A DNA stretch of 59,910 bases, the filler included, from Porpidia crustulata (taxonomy: Eukaryota): NCBI GenBank assembly GCA_964255105.1. It is 5 parts of 5 records of this genome, joined end to end, with 100 filler letters (N's around TTAATTAATTAA, not from the genome) between each part and the next. Parts side by side here need not be neighbours in the genome. Positions count along the whole stretch, not along the records: positions 12,036 to 23,940 come from CAXUWE010000584.1; 4 more parts are not named here. One strand, 5' to 3'. Position numbers and translations under genes: made by a program. Within the stretch, counting starts at the first letter, position 1. Every line of letters starts with the position of its first letter. The notes under the pieces were generated by a model, which was not told the origin of the DNA, did not search any database, and saw only the letters and a program-made list of their open reading frames with translations. Shown here piece after piece: positions 12,036 through 23,296 of the stretch.

Positions 12036-15000
12036 CGTCCCCACCGTCGTATTCTCCGCCGTCATACCCACCATCATCTCCGTACCCATCCGGGTAGTCT
12101 CCATCCCATCCATCTTCAACCCCATAATCCATGACCACAGCTCCCTCCACAGTACCGTCCCATCCAACATCCCCACAGGCATCGACACCGCCCGGGTCAC
12201 CCAATCCGTCACCGGCATCACCCCCATCTCCGGCCTCACCTCCACCTTTACTCAGGACAACGTCCGGCAGTAAGACTTTTCGGTCACGCAGGTATTCGTA
12301 CTCCTCGACCTGCTGCTCAGGGAGTAGCAACGCCCAATCTGCAAGCATGTACTCATGGTACCTGCCCTTTTCGAACTCGTGGCTGAAAGGCTGGGCGCGA
12401 TGGATACCGCCTAGCTTGAGCCGATCGACACGTTCGTGCGGGTACGTATGCAGCCAGTCGGTCGCGGTACGGAGGAGTGGGGAGCGGTACATCGCCGCTG
12501 TTGCGGCTAGGAGGGCATCCTGCGCCAGGAGAACGCTGAGGCGGTTGCGCATCCATTGCTCGCTTGTCAAAGTTCTTTTCCCTGCTGTTTCCGGAGGATA
12601 TAGGCTCTTGTCCCGAGAAAGATGGAGCCTTATGACGCCGTGACTGTCGAAGGGGAAGCTCCAGATGTGTTTGGAGACGGAGCAAGTGTTGCAGGTCCCT
12701 GGCTGTTTGTGGTATGCCATTGTACAGTCCCAGGGAAAGAGGTTTTGATGTTTGTAGAGTGTGCGACCGAACGCTCCTGCAAGGCATTAATATAAATAGA
12801 TTGTTCCAGATGATGAATTAGGGGTGATGTCTGCTTACCCCAGTCATACCAGTACTCTTGAAGCGTGTCTACAAGGTCTGAGTCGTTATGTCGGCCTTGA
12901 CGGAATTTTAAGAGGTATTCTTCCGTTAGCCCATTTGGTACATCGTACTTCGAGACGACCTTCTCGCGAAGATAGCTTCCAGAACGAGTGACGAAGCTCA
13001 TCATGTACAGTGTGCCGTCAATAGTAGGCATGCTGCCGAGTTGAGGGCCCAGAAGGCTTCCAACTTCGTCCCACTGAAGCATCGAGTCGCAATAATTCTG
13101 GCAGTTGTTTGTTGTTAGACTCCACGTCAGTTTGGTGTTGGGATCAAAGAGACGCTCAGAGATCTGCGTCGTGAAATATGTCACCCTTGTACCTAGTAAT
13201 TTCTTGAGGCCCACCTCGATCTTTTCAACTTCGTCATTCAGACTCTGCGCTTGAGCAGCTGTTGTACGTCTTGGGTCTTCTTTATAGCTCTTCGATGCAG
13301 AAATCAGACTTTGGATTATTTCGAGCTCCCGAGTAGGATGCGTCAGACCCTGGAAAGGGTCCGCTACCGTTTGCTTCAAGTAAGCTTTGACGCGCCGGCG
13401 TGGTTTCCTCGCAGTCCGTGTGAAAAGTTGTCTCTTGTGGCTTAGGGCCATCTCACGGTGAGGCTCCTCAATGTCGTCAGGCACCTGCAAAGAGATTGGG
13501 TCTCGAGTGCTAAGCAAAACGCCTCGCTTGGAGCTGCAAATACAAATCAAGTCAGCCATGCGTCTTGATATCATGAAATTCCGTGGCCATTCTGCCCACT
13601 ATTCCATAGAGCAAAACAAGATTTATGACAGTCTGGAGAACAAAGATCATGCAATCTCAAATGGGGACTAGCATAGTCATGGCATATTCTCCGCGTCCCA
13701 TTGTTGTTGCTCTTTGAATTTTTCCATTCCTGAATCTTCACGCTTTTTCAAGATCTAGAAACTAGGGAGGGTTGTCCAAAAAGCTCAGTAACAGCCCTTG
13801 ATTGCCAGTAAAGCTCATCAGGTTCGCGTCTCACCTTGCGCCAAACAATTGATGGCATGATTAGTGTAGTGTCACGGTCAAGATCACCGTGAGATTAATT
13901 GGGGATGCTCTGGAAAAAGCCAGGCTGGAGATGTACTTACTCAGGGACACCATTTTCAATCATCAAGGGCCCAAACATCAAAGCCATATGAACATTACCA
14001 AATGGATATCGGCTCGCGAACTTGCGATATAGTAAAGGGATTTCTTGATCTGCAAGCTTTTCATTCTCAATATCTGACACGGTTTTCTCGTCAGCTTTGC
14101 TTTGAGGATCCGCATGTTGCTGGTGTCTCGTCGCCTTTCGAAATTTCGGGCTCCGATTCCGTGAAGTTGACTTTACAGTTTGGTCGTTGTGCTTTACGTT
14201 CCTTCCGGCCTGCGCACGTCTCTTGCTTTTCTCAATATGCGATATCGAACCTTGATACTTTGCTTCCATGACCTTATCACTCAGTAAGAGAAGGCCGCAC
14301 CTAAGTACTTTTGTCCTGTCTTTTCCCCTATGAGCAAAGTTTTTATCAATCGGAAAGAGAGAAGAGCCCCTGGGCCTCGAAGCTGCATTCACCGAGCCAT
14401 TGCAGACACATATTTGCCGACTGACCTGCGGAGTGATGATGTCTCTGAGGATGAAATGCTTGTAAAACTTTGTCATATGGCTTGGTGGATGACGCGACTC
14501 ACGAAAGCACGTTTCACAGATTGAGTCCTTCTGAGTGAGCTGAACGGCTGCTCTGCAGCTCGGTTCCAAGCACTTGAAAAGAACGCCTCTGATGGCGTCG
14601 TTACAGATTTTGCACCTGAGGATCTTGAGATTTGGCATCGAAGACGCGTCAAACCGCAAAAGAGTCAACTGGGGTGGCGCTGAGCGTCTCCAGAAGTTCG
14701 CTCTTGGGAGAGGCGAGTTATACGTGATGACCTTGTCAATGTCCAGGAAAGCCGCACTCTGCAGTAACATTCGTGCTTGTCGTTCCATAGCGTTTTCGTC
14801 TTGGCGGATGGGTAGGAGTCCTTTAATTTCATTTTTCAATTCATGATTTTCGTTAAATTTTCGGTGAGCACAATAAGCAATGCGAGATAATTCCTCATTA
14901 GTTCGTATTTCTTTTTTTGCTCCTCTACTGGCCTTGAATCTCTGCAACCGCTCCTGGCTGTATTTCCGGGCGAAATCCCGAGACGACTCGCTCACTTGAT

Positions 15001-15499
15001 CGATGAATTGCTCGAATCCTTCGCCCTGAATCTGTTCTTCCTTCTCGAGCTCTACACTCGAGTACTGAGGCTGCTGCCATTCTCGAAGGGTCAGGATCAT
15101 TTGAGCAAGCTCTTTCCGAACGCCATCCCAATACAACGATTGCAGACCATCCACCAGCGCCTCTTTAGTGGTTTCGTAAGCCTTCGGCCATGGTACATAC
15201 TTGGAACTCGCGTCATCATCGTTGACTTTGGTGCTTGCCCGAATCCTACGGTCTCTTCGTGATGGGACGTGTGCGGAGATCGAAGCTATAACGTCCATTC
15301 CTAGGATCGCGTCGAGGTTGGTCTTTTGGATAGGATACAGGGCAGTCCTTGGTCTGATCCCCGATCGAATTTCCCTCACTTTGACATATGAGAGCTGTTG
15401 GGAGGTGCGGTGGACTTTGTACAAGGAAATACCGGTGCGAAATCCTGCACCACCTCGCGCCGCAGCCTCGTTGTGGGGCTGTGTCCCAGATCCTGCCAT
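12036..15499 (-). CDS. Uncharacterised protein: ZZ-type zinc finger + permuted papain-like (PPPDE/LRAT-type) domain + Gly/Asp-rich tail (3' truncated)
   Basis: Three ORF-track pieces join in frame through GT-AG introns 13940-13534 and 12838-12777. ZZ-like CKIC..IRGVLFKC..SC..ICETC..HPPSH; NVHMALMFGPLMIENG followed by WSLTTNNCQNYCD. The start could be ATG 15499 or 15298. The gene model is solid; the domain calls are motif-based. Confidence 0.75.
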
Positions 15500-15582
15500 A
15501 AAATCCGCTCCAAATGGAATCCCACGACCGCAATGAACACTACCAACTTCTCGGGACTCCAATCAACCTGCAATAATATCCA

Positions 15583-17396
15583 ATGAAGCGTTTCTTCAAG
15601 AATAAGGTCGCGCGACAATCAGCGACAGCAAGCTTAGACGCATCCACAAAAGTACCCGACTCGGGCTTCGCGTTCATCAACAACTCACAAGGCGCCTCTG
15701 CCTCGATCGCCGAGCTGTCAAACGCTTTAGATAGCGTTCTAAAGGATGCTGAGTTCGAAGGTTCATCCTGCATTCCCAGTGCGACCCGATTGATTTTCTC
15801 AGATTAGACTACTCTAGGAGCAGCGAGCGACTTTGCCAAATTGGAAATTAAGCGCTTGGATGATGAGGCCTCCAAATACTCGAACTCGCGAATCGTCCCG
15901 GATACGAAGCACCAGGCGTGGTCATGGTCAGGCTGGCGTGTCTTCACATGAATGCGCCGTTGCTCATTAGGATTACAGCAGATCAGAAGACGCTCCGCTG
16001 CTTCTCGCTGCGGCAAAATGCTCCGCAGTCGTGTATCAGCCAGCCGATTCATCGATACTTACAGGTAGGAGCCATCGCGGTTGCATTGCTTGTGGCTTGA
16101 TGGTACAAAGAGCATAGTACTGATTGCCTTGTAGATGATTCATACAGCTACGACCGGCTGCAATTCACCGAGCCAAGTACTTTAGGCACCGTCAAGGCAA
16201 TGGCATTCTACGAAGCCCGAGAGTCCAACATAACAGGCTTAGAGCTTAATAGTGTGCTTGTCGTTGCCATTCGGGGCTCGGCAAGCAAAGTTGATCATAT
16301 GATCAATATCAACAACCGACTGATTGAGGCAGGAGAATTCATCGTAAGTATCTGTGCGCTGGGCTTTGCCTCATAAGCCAGCTTCGTGTCTTTTTTCTGG
16401 GGTTCGACAAGGGTAGAAAGCAGCTTCAAACACGATGAAGCTGCAAGACATGCTATATTACTCGGAGATGATACAAAGTAGCTGTTGAGAGCAAGCCTTC
16501 TGTTCAAGCTTTTTCGAATTGCTTATATAGAAAAGATTATTCTTCTGACTTCTCTATAAGCATGAGAGTTGCCAGAATATGGGGTAGCATGCTGACGTCC
16601 GTTACCCATAGCCACTATCAAAGCCGCAAAAGGCGAGCGCAGGATCCTCTTCCCCTCAAGTCCACTCAGGCTTCCTCAACGGGGCCAAGGCTCTAGCGCA
16701 GCGTGTAGCAAAGCAGCTGGTAAAATGCGAGAACGACAAAGGCCCAAAGAAAATCCTCTTTACTGGCCATTCAGCCGGTGCTGCGGTCGCTTCCCTGCTA
16801 TTCCAACATTTCCTGGCATCTGCTTCTACGGAATGTGAGCCTCCCATTGTATCTTCCGAGACGCATCGACCAAATCGCTTACCGTGATAGACCCATCTCT
16901 AACATTCAACTGCATCACATTCGGCAGCCCGCCGCTTTGCAACTCCGATTTCGCATCTCTAGCAAGCCAACTCCGTCTCGAAAACGAGGGTTGCCATCTC
17001 CACGCCAACTTCCTGAATGAGTTCGATTTAGTCCCTCGCCTTGACAGATCATACGTTCTTTCCCTCATCGACTTGTACCGGTCCAGGTTCTCGCTGCCAC
17101 CCATCAAATCTGACGGCAGTACGGATAGCTCGCTCACAAGTACAGCATTAATCATGGTTGCTAGCGCGCCGGACGCTTGGCCGTTGCCTGCTCCTGTCTT
17201 CGTCCATCCGGGGGACACTGTTCTTCTTTCCCTTGACGAAGAAATGGACCACGAGGATGAGACGATACATTTGCGAGCTACTCAGATAGATAGCGATGCT
17301 TTGGGTTCGCTACTGTTTTGTCGGGTTGCTGCGCACAAGGTTGCTGTGTACCTGGCGAATATGGAGGTCCTGTGTGCGGAGAACCTGAACGGATAA
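15583..17396 (+). CDS. Class 3 lipase (alpha/beta hydrolase), no evident signal peptide
   Basis: Six exons; introns 15761-15817, about 15927-15978, about 16064-16134, 16344-16611, about 16835-16890. Motifs LVVAIRGS, VHSGFL, LFTGHSAGAAVASL (Ser codon 16771-16773), CITFGSP, NEFDLVPRLD, AAHKVAVY give a full Ser-Asp-His triad. Confidence 0.9.
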
Positions 17397-17592
17397 TTAC
17401 GCCAAAGACTTTACTCCTAAAATAAACACTTGACATGGTCCACGTATATTTGAAGATGGGATAGACAACAAAGTAACTTTGCACATATTGTCCTAAAACA
17501 CAAGCTAGTCAAGCGAGAACTTGCCTTCTAACAAGCCCCTAACTTGACATCTTGCACACTCGCCTACTCAATTAACAGGCTGCTTCTTCTTT

Positions 17593-19025
17593 TCAATTTC
17601 CCCTGAATAGCCGTCTTGCACGCTCAACAGCCCTTTGATGAGCAACTTCTCGTATTGACGCATCCACTAAATGCTGCGGCTCTCTATCTCTGTCTCTGTC
17701 GCTGCGAAAAAGCGCCTCAACCAGCCGCTGCAAATTTTGGCAATCCCAGCAGAGACAGCGTTGAAGATTTGTTTCGAATCGAGCCTGCCAGGCCTCTTCC
17801 GTTGATCTCAGCCCCTCCTGGTCGGTTTCACCTTTATTGATGATGTTGTGCTCCATTGTGCGCCCCATAATAGCCTTTGAGAATTTTTCAAAACTCACAG
17901 GTGACGTTTGATGTGTCAACCAGACGAGCTCAATATCTGGAGGCGGAACCAAGTTCTTGTTCGGGTCTGACGCGAGTAAGTCGAAGAATTGTCGATAGTG
18001 CTCCCGTGCATTTTGGAGCGTGAACTCGAGAGCCGGACTTCTGATCCAGAGAAAGTGGCACATGCGGTCTACCCAGGCATCGTGACCTTGCCAGATCGCT
18101 GCCAATCCGGCGTTAGATATTTGGGGTTCGGCAAGATACTGTACTAGAGCATTTTTGGGAGCTTTGATCAAGGATTCCAGCAGGTCTGGTGAGAGCTCGG
18201 TGATTTGTCTGAATACTTCTACATTCTCAAGGGGCAGATAGAATTTTCTGTTGGATTGATCGATCATGGCATGCTTTTGACGGATGTCAGTGACAGTGTG
18301 TTATAGACAGGTCTAAGACTTACGATCCTGTCCCATGGAAATTCTACGCGACGGATCCACAATACTTTGCTACGCAAACACCAGTCCAGACACAGGCGAG
18401 GTTTCAGAAGAAGAGAGTGCCATATCATCAAGACGTCTATCAAGACGTCAGTGTCAAAGCGTCGATGCTGTCATTGCGAGGATGCTCATTCAATACCTAA
18501 TGGTGGAACGAACTTAGCAGCCAGGCGTCTTCCACCTTTCGCGATCGCAGCGGGGCTTCTGTCAATTCCAGCGGCCCATATCGAGAAGCGGTTGAAGGCA
18601 TAATCGACAAATTTTGCCCATTTTGCTTTTCGCCTCTCTTGGTAACTGCTATCGTGTTTCTTAATCGGTTTAAGGAGTGTTCGCTGGCGGAAATATCGGC
18701 CTCCTCTGTACCGAGACATAGTAATGTAGTATTTCTCTGGTAAGGTATCGAACAGCACGTCGAGTTGATTGGACTTGATCACAGTTTCCTGGAGCAACTT
18801 GAATGCCTCGAGTAATTCCAGATGTACAGCACATCTTGCTAGAGAAGGGACCGCGGTGTCCACCTCATTCTTATTCGTGCGCTCAAGCTTCAAGCTATCG
18901 AAGACGGTGGGAACGGGAATCTGGGGCTCCTCCTTGGCCACTTTATTCCTTGGGACATAGGGCTGGGCATACTCTCTACTCGCAGCATGGAGCTCACGAG
19001 CCAAAGCAGACAAGAGGAGATCCAT
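17593..19025 (-). CDS. DUF1399 / glycine-rich-domain-containing protein (GRDP-like)
   Basis: Three exons. CAVHLELLEAF, PPLDVLMIWHS (split by an intron), EFPW, second repeat LVPPPDIELVWLTHQTSP, CLCWDC. Confidence 0.75.
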
Positions 19026-19181
19026 CACGGGTTTCAGAGATACCGCTATCTGGGGTTTCTAAGACTCTCTGATACTGTATTCTGAAAGCACACACTATCT
19101 ACGACTAGGATTTACGGAAGCACAGCCACGTGCCACGCCACTCGGGTCGGGTCGAGTCGTTTAGCGTTGGCCATCAACTTC

Positions 19182-19565
19182 CGATGGTCGGTCAAAAAAG
19201 TCGTGGGACACCAAAACAAGCGATCTTCATTAATCCCCCACTTATTACATAGCAATACACGGAGAAAATAATCAAATATTTATTGATATGTCTTTTACAA
19301 TTACATAGAATGTTCATTTCGCTTCATATCTAATTCATGGGCAGATGCATTGTCTTTAAATCATTTTTTAAGTAGTTCGTGAAACTTCTATTTCTTCGTA
19401 CATACTGAAAGTCGAAAAGTCGACTTTCTTTGATTACTTAACGCGTGCACGACGAGAAATTTGAACGATGAAGTTGATGTTTCTCCTTGAATTGCTATGT
19501 AATAAGTAGGAAGTTGATGAAGATCGCTTGTTTTGGTGTTCCACGACTTTTTTGACCGACCCTCG
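19182..19565. mobile_element. MITE-like non-autonomous DNA transposon, 384 bp, 86-bp terminal inverted repeats
   Basis: 19182-19267 and the reverse complement of 19480-19565 match at 77/86 positions with no indels (CGA[T/G]GGTCGGTCAAAAAAGTCGTGG...). AT-rich non-coding core. The end resembles Tc1/mariner-type TIRs; no clean TA target duplication remains. Confidence 0.8.
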
Positions 19566-19789
19566 TTCTTCCACAATTCCACTCAGCTCAGCACCATAGC
19601 CTTGCGCCCAAGGCAGACTTCAGCTAGAAAGATGCCATCCGCTGCTCCCGTGGATGTCAAATTCTTCGCTCTTCCTCCATGACGAAAGTGCTAAAGAGAC
19701 CAGGAAGGTGACCATGCAAGGGTCAGTTCACTTCACGATCCACAATATCAAAGGAGAGCTGACCTCCAATTGGTGCCAACGTTAAGATC

Positions 19790-21509
19790 ATGAATTGGCC
19801 GATCATTCTCCTCCGCTTCCTGGGCCACATTCCAACATTCTGGTTAGCTGTGAAATGTGTCTTGCTTTATCACACTGTGCGCGCATATCCAGACCTTATG
19901 CCAATCTCTCCAGGGTCACACTTACGGATCTCACTCCATCTCCCGGCAATCGCAGTAAGTTCCCCTATTTACGGGCCCTAAAAGTATGCATTGATAAGAA
20001 CAGGCATGGATGAATGCTGTTTATAACTTAATCACGTTTGGAGTTGCCGGGTTTGTCCCTTTTGAAGCAAGTTTCGTCTTTTTGCCTTTTGATCTCAGCT
20101 TTGGCGCAATACTTCTCACGGCAGTCACCTTGCAGAGTCCCTATATTCCGAAGCTACCGAGGGACTGTAAGCAGCTTTCCAATACTTTAGCGAACGGGTA
20201 CTTCAGGGCTTTGGCAAAGGCAGAACTCAAAACCTGGAAGCCTAAGAAGGACGAGGATGGTAATCCTATAAGCCCGCCGTCTCCGACCTCAGAATGTACG
20301 AGCTTTTATACTGTTTGGGCTCTGGAAATTACGATCCTGTAGGTCTTTGCGCGATCTCTTTTGCGTCACTGCTCTGAATGAAGTAGAATTCTTTATGTAA
20401 TTTCGACTCTTGTCGGGATTCTCTCAATATGTCTGACACCGCGTGGCGACTACTATCACCACTACCTCTACTCGAGCTCCTCGGGACGTACACGCAGGCG
20501 GCACTGGGCTTTTGATGCCAGGCCGTTTCACTGGATAAGCTTGGCCCTTCAACACCTGGTTTCAATCACTCGATTCGCAGCGAGATACGCCAGCAGAAGC
20601 CGCAAACATCAACACAAATCACAGGCGCCTCACATTCGAACTGTGAATGCTACGGTGAGCTCTGAGATCTCTGATGAGGTTGCCTTTGAACACGTAGGAA
20701 AATTTAGACCACCTACTGTTATTGAACTCCGAGAGTATGTGGTCAAAACAGATGCTGGTATGTGTCCAACGTGCTCGCTTCAGACCGCAAAGAGTGGTAT
20801 GGAAAGAGGGCTTCGTCACGACAGAATCGCGGAAGCAATCGCAAAACACCTTCACGCCACCGATGTTCGGAACCTCGGGCAAGTGTCCCCGGGGATACAT
20901 TCATCCCTTCACGCACACCGAGGGACCTACGCTCGCAGTAACAAAAGACCTTCGGAAGGACCATCCGACCTCAGCTCCCGGCATGGAAACAATCTACCGT
21001 CCTACCTCCAACAGCACCTCATCCATGCAGACCGCAACGAACTCCTCTACAACGCCACCTGCGCCAGCAAAAAGACCGTATGCTGGTCCTGCGAGATACA
21101 AATCTGTGCCACATGCACCTTCCAAGCCCGAGCTTTGTCCCCCAATATCCAGCACCACATCGACAACTGCACGTCGTACTGCCACAGATGCTACTTCCGC
21201 GACGTATGCCGTCGCCAGCGTTCGTGGCGGCATCCGCAGCGCTGCTTGCACTCTTCAACGAAGCTCAACGGTGGCTTGGAAGAAGCTACGAGGGGGCTAT
21301 GTAAGCCATGCTCCCTACTGAGTACCGAGGGTATTCGAAAGAGGCGAGAGAGGAGGGAAATGAGAGTGATGGCGCTGTTGGCGGGGCAGGCGATCAGGTG
21401 TGCTAATTGTCAGGAGGGGTTACCGGGTAGGGGACCGAGGTGGTGGGTTTGTAATTTATGCGCTTTGGAGTGTGTAGATGGCTGTCATTATGGGGGGCAA
21501 GAGGTGTAA
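19790..21509 (+). CDS. Uncharacterised 540-aa protein: multi-TM N-terminus, F-box-like segment, Cys-rich C-terminus
   Basis: Exons 19790-19954, 20004-20338 and 20387-21509 join in frame through introns GTAAGT..CAG and GTAGGT..TAG (1623 nt in total). Hydrophobic helices, then LRHDRIAEAIAKHLHATDVRNLGQVS, then CWSC..IC..C, CxxYCxxC, CxxC and WWVCNLC clusters. Confidence 0.7.
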
Positions 21510-22514
21510 TCTTCATAACTATATATATGATGACTTTCAAGGCCCACCGAGCTATCGATCTAACCTTGCAAGCGCTTCCTTTCCTAGTGCTGTATATACT
21601 TGATAACATAAATCGCCAGCGACTTGTATAGACCAGTAGCTGAACATCGAGCAGTGTTCCAACTCTCTGCTTGAACTTGCCGCTTGCAACCCATTCACAA
21701 CATCCTACCCAATCCTACACTTTCTACCTTTCAACCCGAGAATCGAGGCCACAGAAATCCCCCCCGCCGCGGTCAACCTCGGTCTCTTATCTATCTCATA
21801 AGTCATCAATCTTGGCGGAAAAGGCTATAGGATAGGTTTTACAGTCATATCTCGCCTCGCTCTAGCATTACCTCCCAGATCGCTCTTGTTTGTTAGATCG
21901 CCGAGAATGCCCAGATGTATGTATCCCACAAAAGAATAACCTCGATTGGGAAGTATGCAATCATGCATGCCCTTGCATGCGATCGGGTCGGACATCGCAG
22001 CTCGAACAACGGTGTGAGATGGCCCGATATGAGAGAGTGTGTGGAAAGCAATAATGTCGCTGTTGGACTATGTCGCTTTTGTCATGCCTGGGACTGGCGG
22101 ATGAAGATTGTTGTTTCCTATCCTTTATCTCGTTTCGAGAGAGTGACCTGAAATGAGATCAACGAAGCGTGGAGATGATCTTATTAATCGATGAGGCTTG
22201 CGGTTGCATCCATATTTATTCATATTTGCCGTCCATTCGGAGGTGTTCAGCCACTCGATTGTCCGGGATATATGGGAGATACCCTCAATCCAACACAATC
22301 ATCGAAAGTGCTACATCCAGACATGAAAGCCGGGATGTCTCGTCCCTGCAGCTGCGTCCCTCGCCTACCACGAACATTACATAAATGCAGGGAACATCCG
22401 ATGCTAACATAGCCCTAATAACCACGCTTCTCATATTCATATCCCGCCCTACCCTGATCACAATGCTAGCATCTTGTCAGCGTGATATCATCTGGCTATC
22501 AAACATCAGCCTAC

Positions 22515-23296
22515 CTTCTTCCTCAAAGCCTGAAGCCTCTTCCTCTTCGTCGGCGAATTGATCCACGTCCCGATCACAAAGGCAGTGACGTTGAAGAATG
22601 GTACTTAAGTCTGCTCCAGCGGAAAATTCTGCGCGAACGCCAGCGCCAGGGGCGAGGTGATCCAGGTGACTTCCATGACAGGCATGAACCCGGATCTGAC
22701 GGTCGCGCGGATCTGGTGGAAGGTTCGCGCACCGGCGAAGACGGCCATGGAGGCAAGGTAGATAGAGTTTTAGATAGGGGCAATCTTAGGCAGTGAGCAT
22801 CAGTATCGCCTTGGGATTCTGCAGTTTGGGCTATGGGAACATACGATCAAGTTGCTGACAAGAATCTGCGAGATCTTCGCCTTCAAGCTCGTCCTCCTAG
22901 AAAATATCCTCTATAGTATGTGAATAAAGAAATGCCGCACAAAGGCGCGCTGATGAAAGCTCCGGATGAAGCCATTTTGGGCACCCGGGCGGTAACAACA
23001 TCTTTCTCCTTCGCAATTCGAGACGCGAGCAACTCTTGCAGACCTGCAAGCGAGCCGGACGTGAGAATCTCCGTGCGCAGAGGATTCTTCTGAAGCTGCT
23101 GGAGATAGGCCTGGCAGACAATTGATTAGCTTCATTCTATCGCCCTTGAATAAGCAGGAGGAAATGTACAGCTAGATAGCCCCTGCGCGCTTTCGCCGCC
23201 GGTCAATCGCTCCCCTATCTCGTGTGCGACTTAATGTCTGCGTCCACCAGGCACGGGAGCGTCCCTGACCGTCTCTTTCTCGACCTTGACCGACAT
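22515..23296 (-). pseudogene. Mpv17/PMP22 (PXMP2) family membrane protein pseudogene
   Basis: Recognisable translation: AYLQQLQKNPLRTEILTSGSLAGLQELLAS..RVPKM..FISAPL/HFFIHIL*RIFSRRTSLKAKISQILVSNLI|IAPI*NSIYLASMAVFAGARTFHQIRATVRSGFMPVMEVTWITSPLALAFAQNFPLEQT*VPFFNV..KRKRLQALRKK. Stops at 22911-13, 22770-72 and 22605-07 plus frameshifts. Introns retained. Confidence 0.88.

Noticed and set aside
11515..12787. ORFs running into or across the first linker and antisense ORFs such as 12131-12643
   Set aside because: They are shadows of GC-rich real genes or products of the N/TTAATTAATTAA linker.
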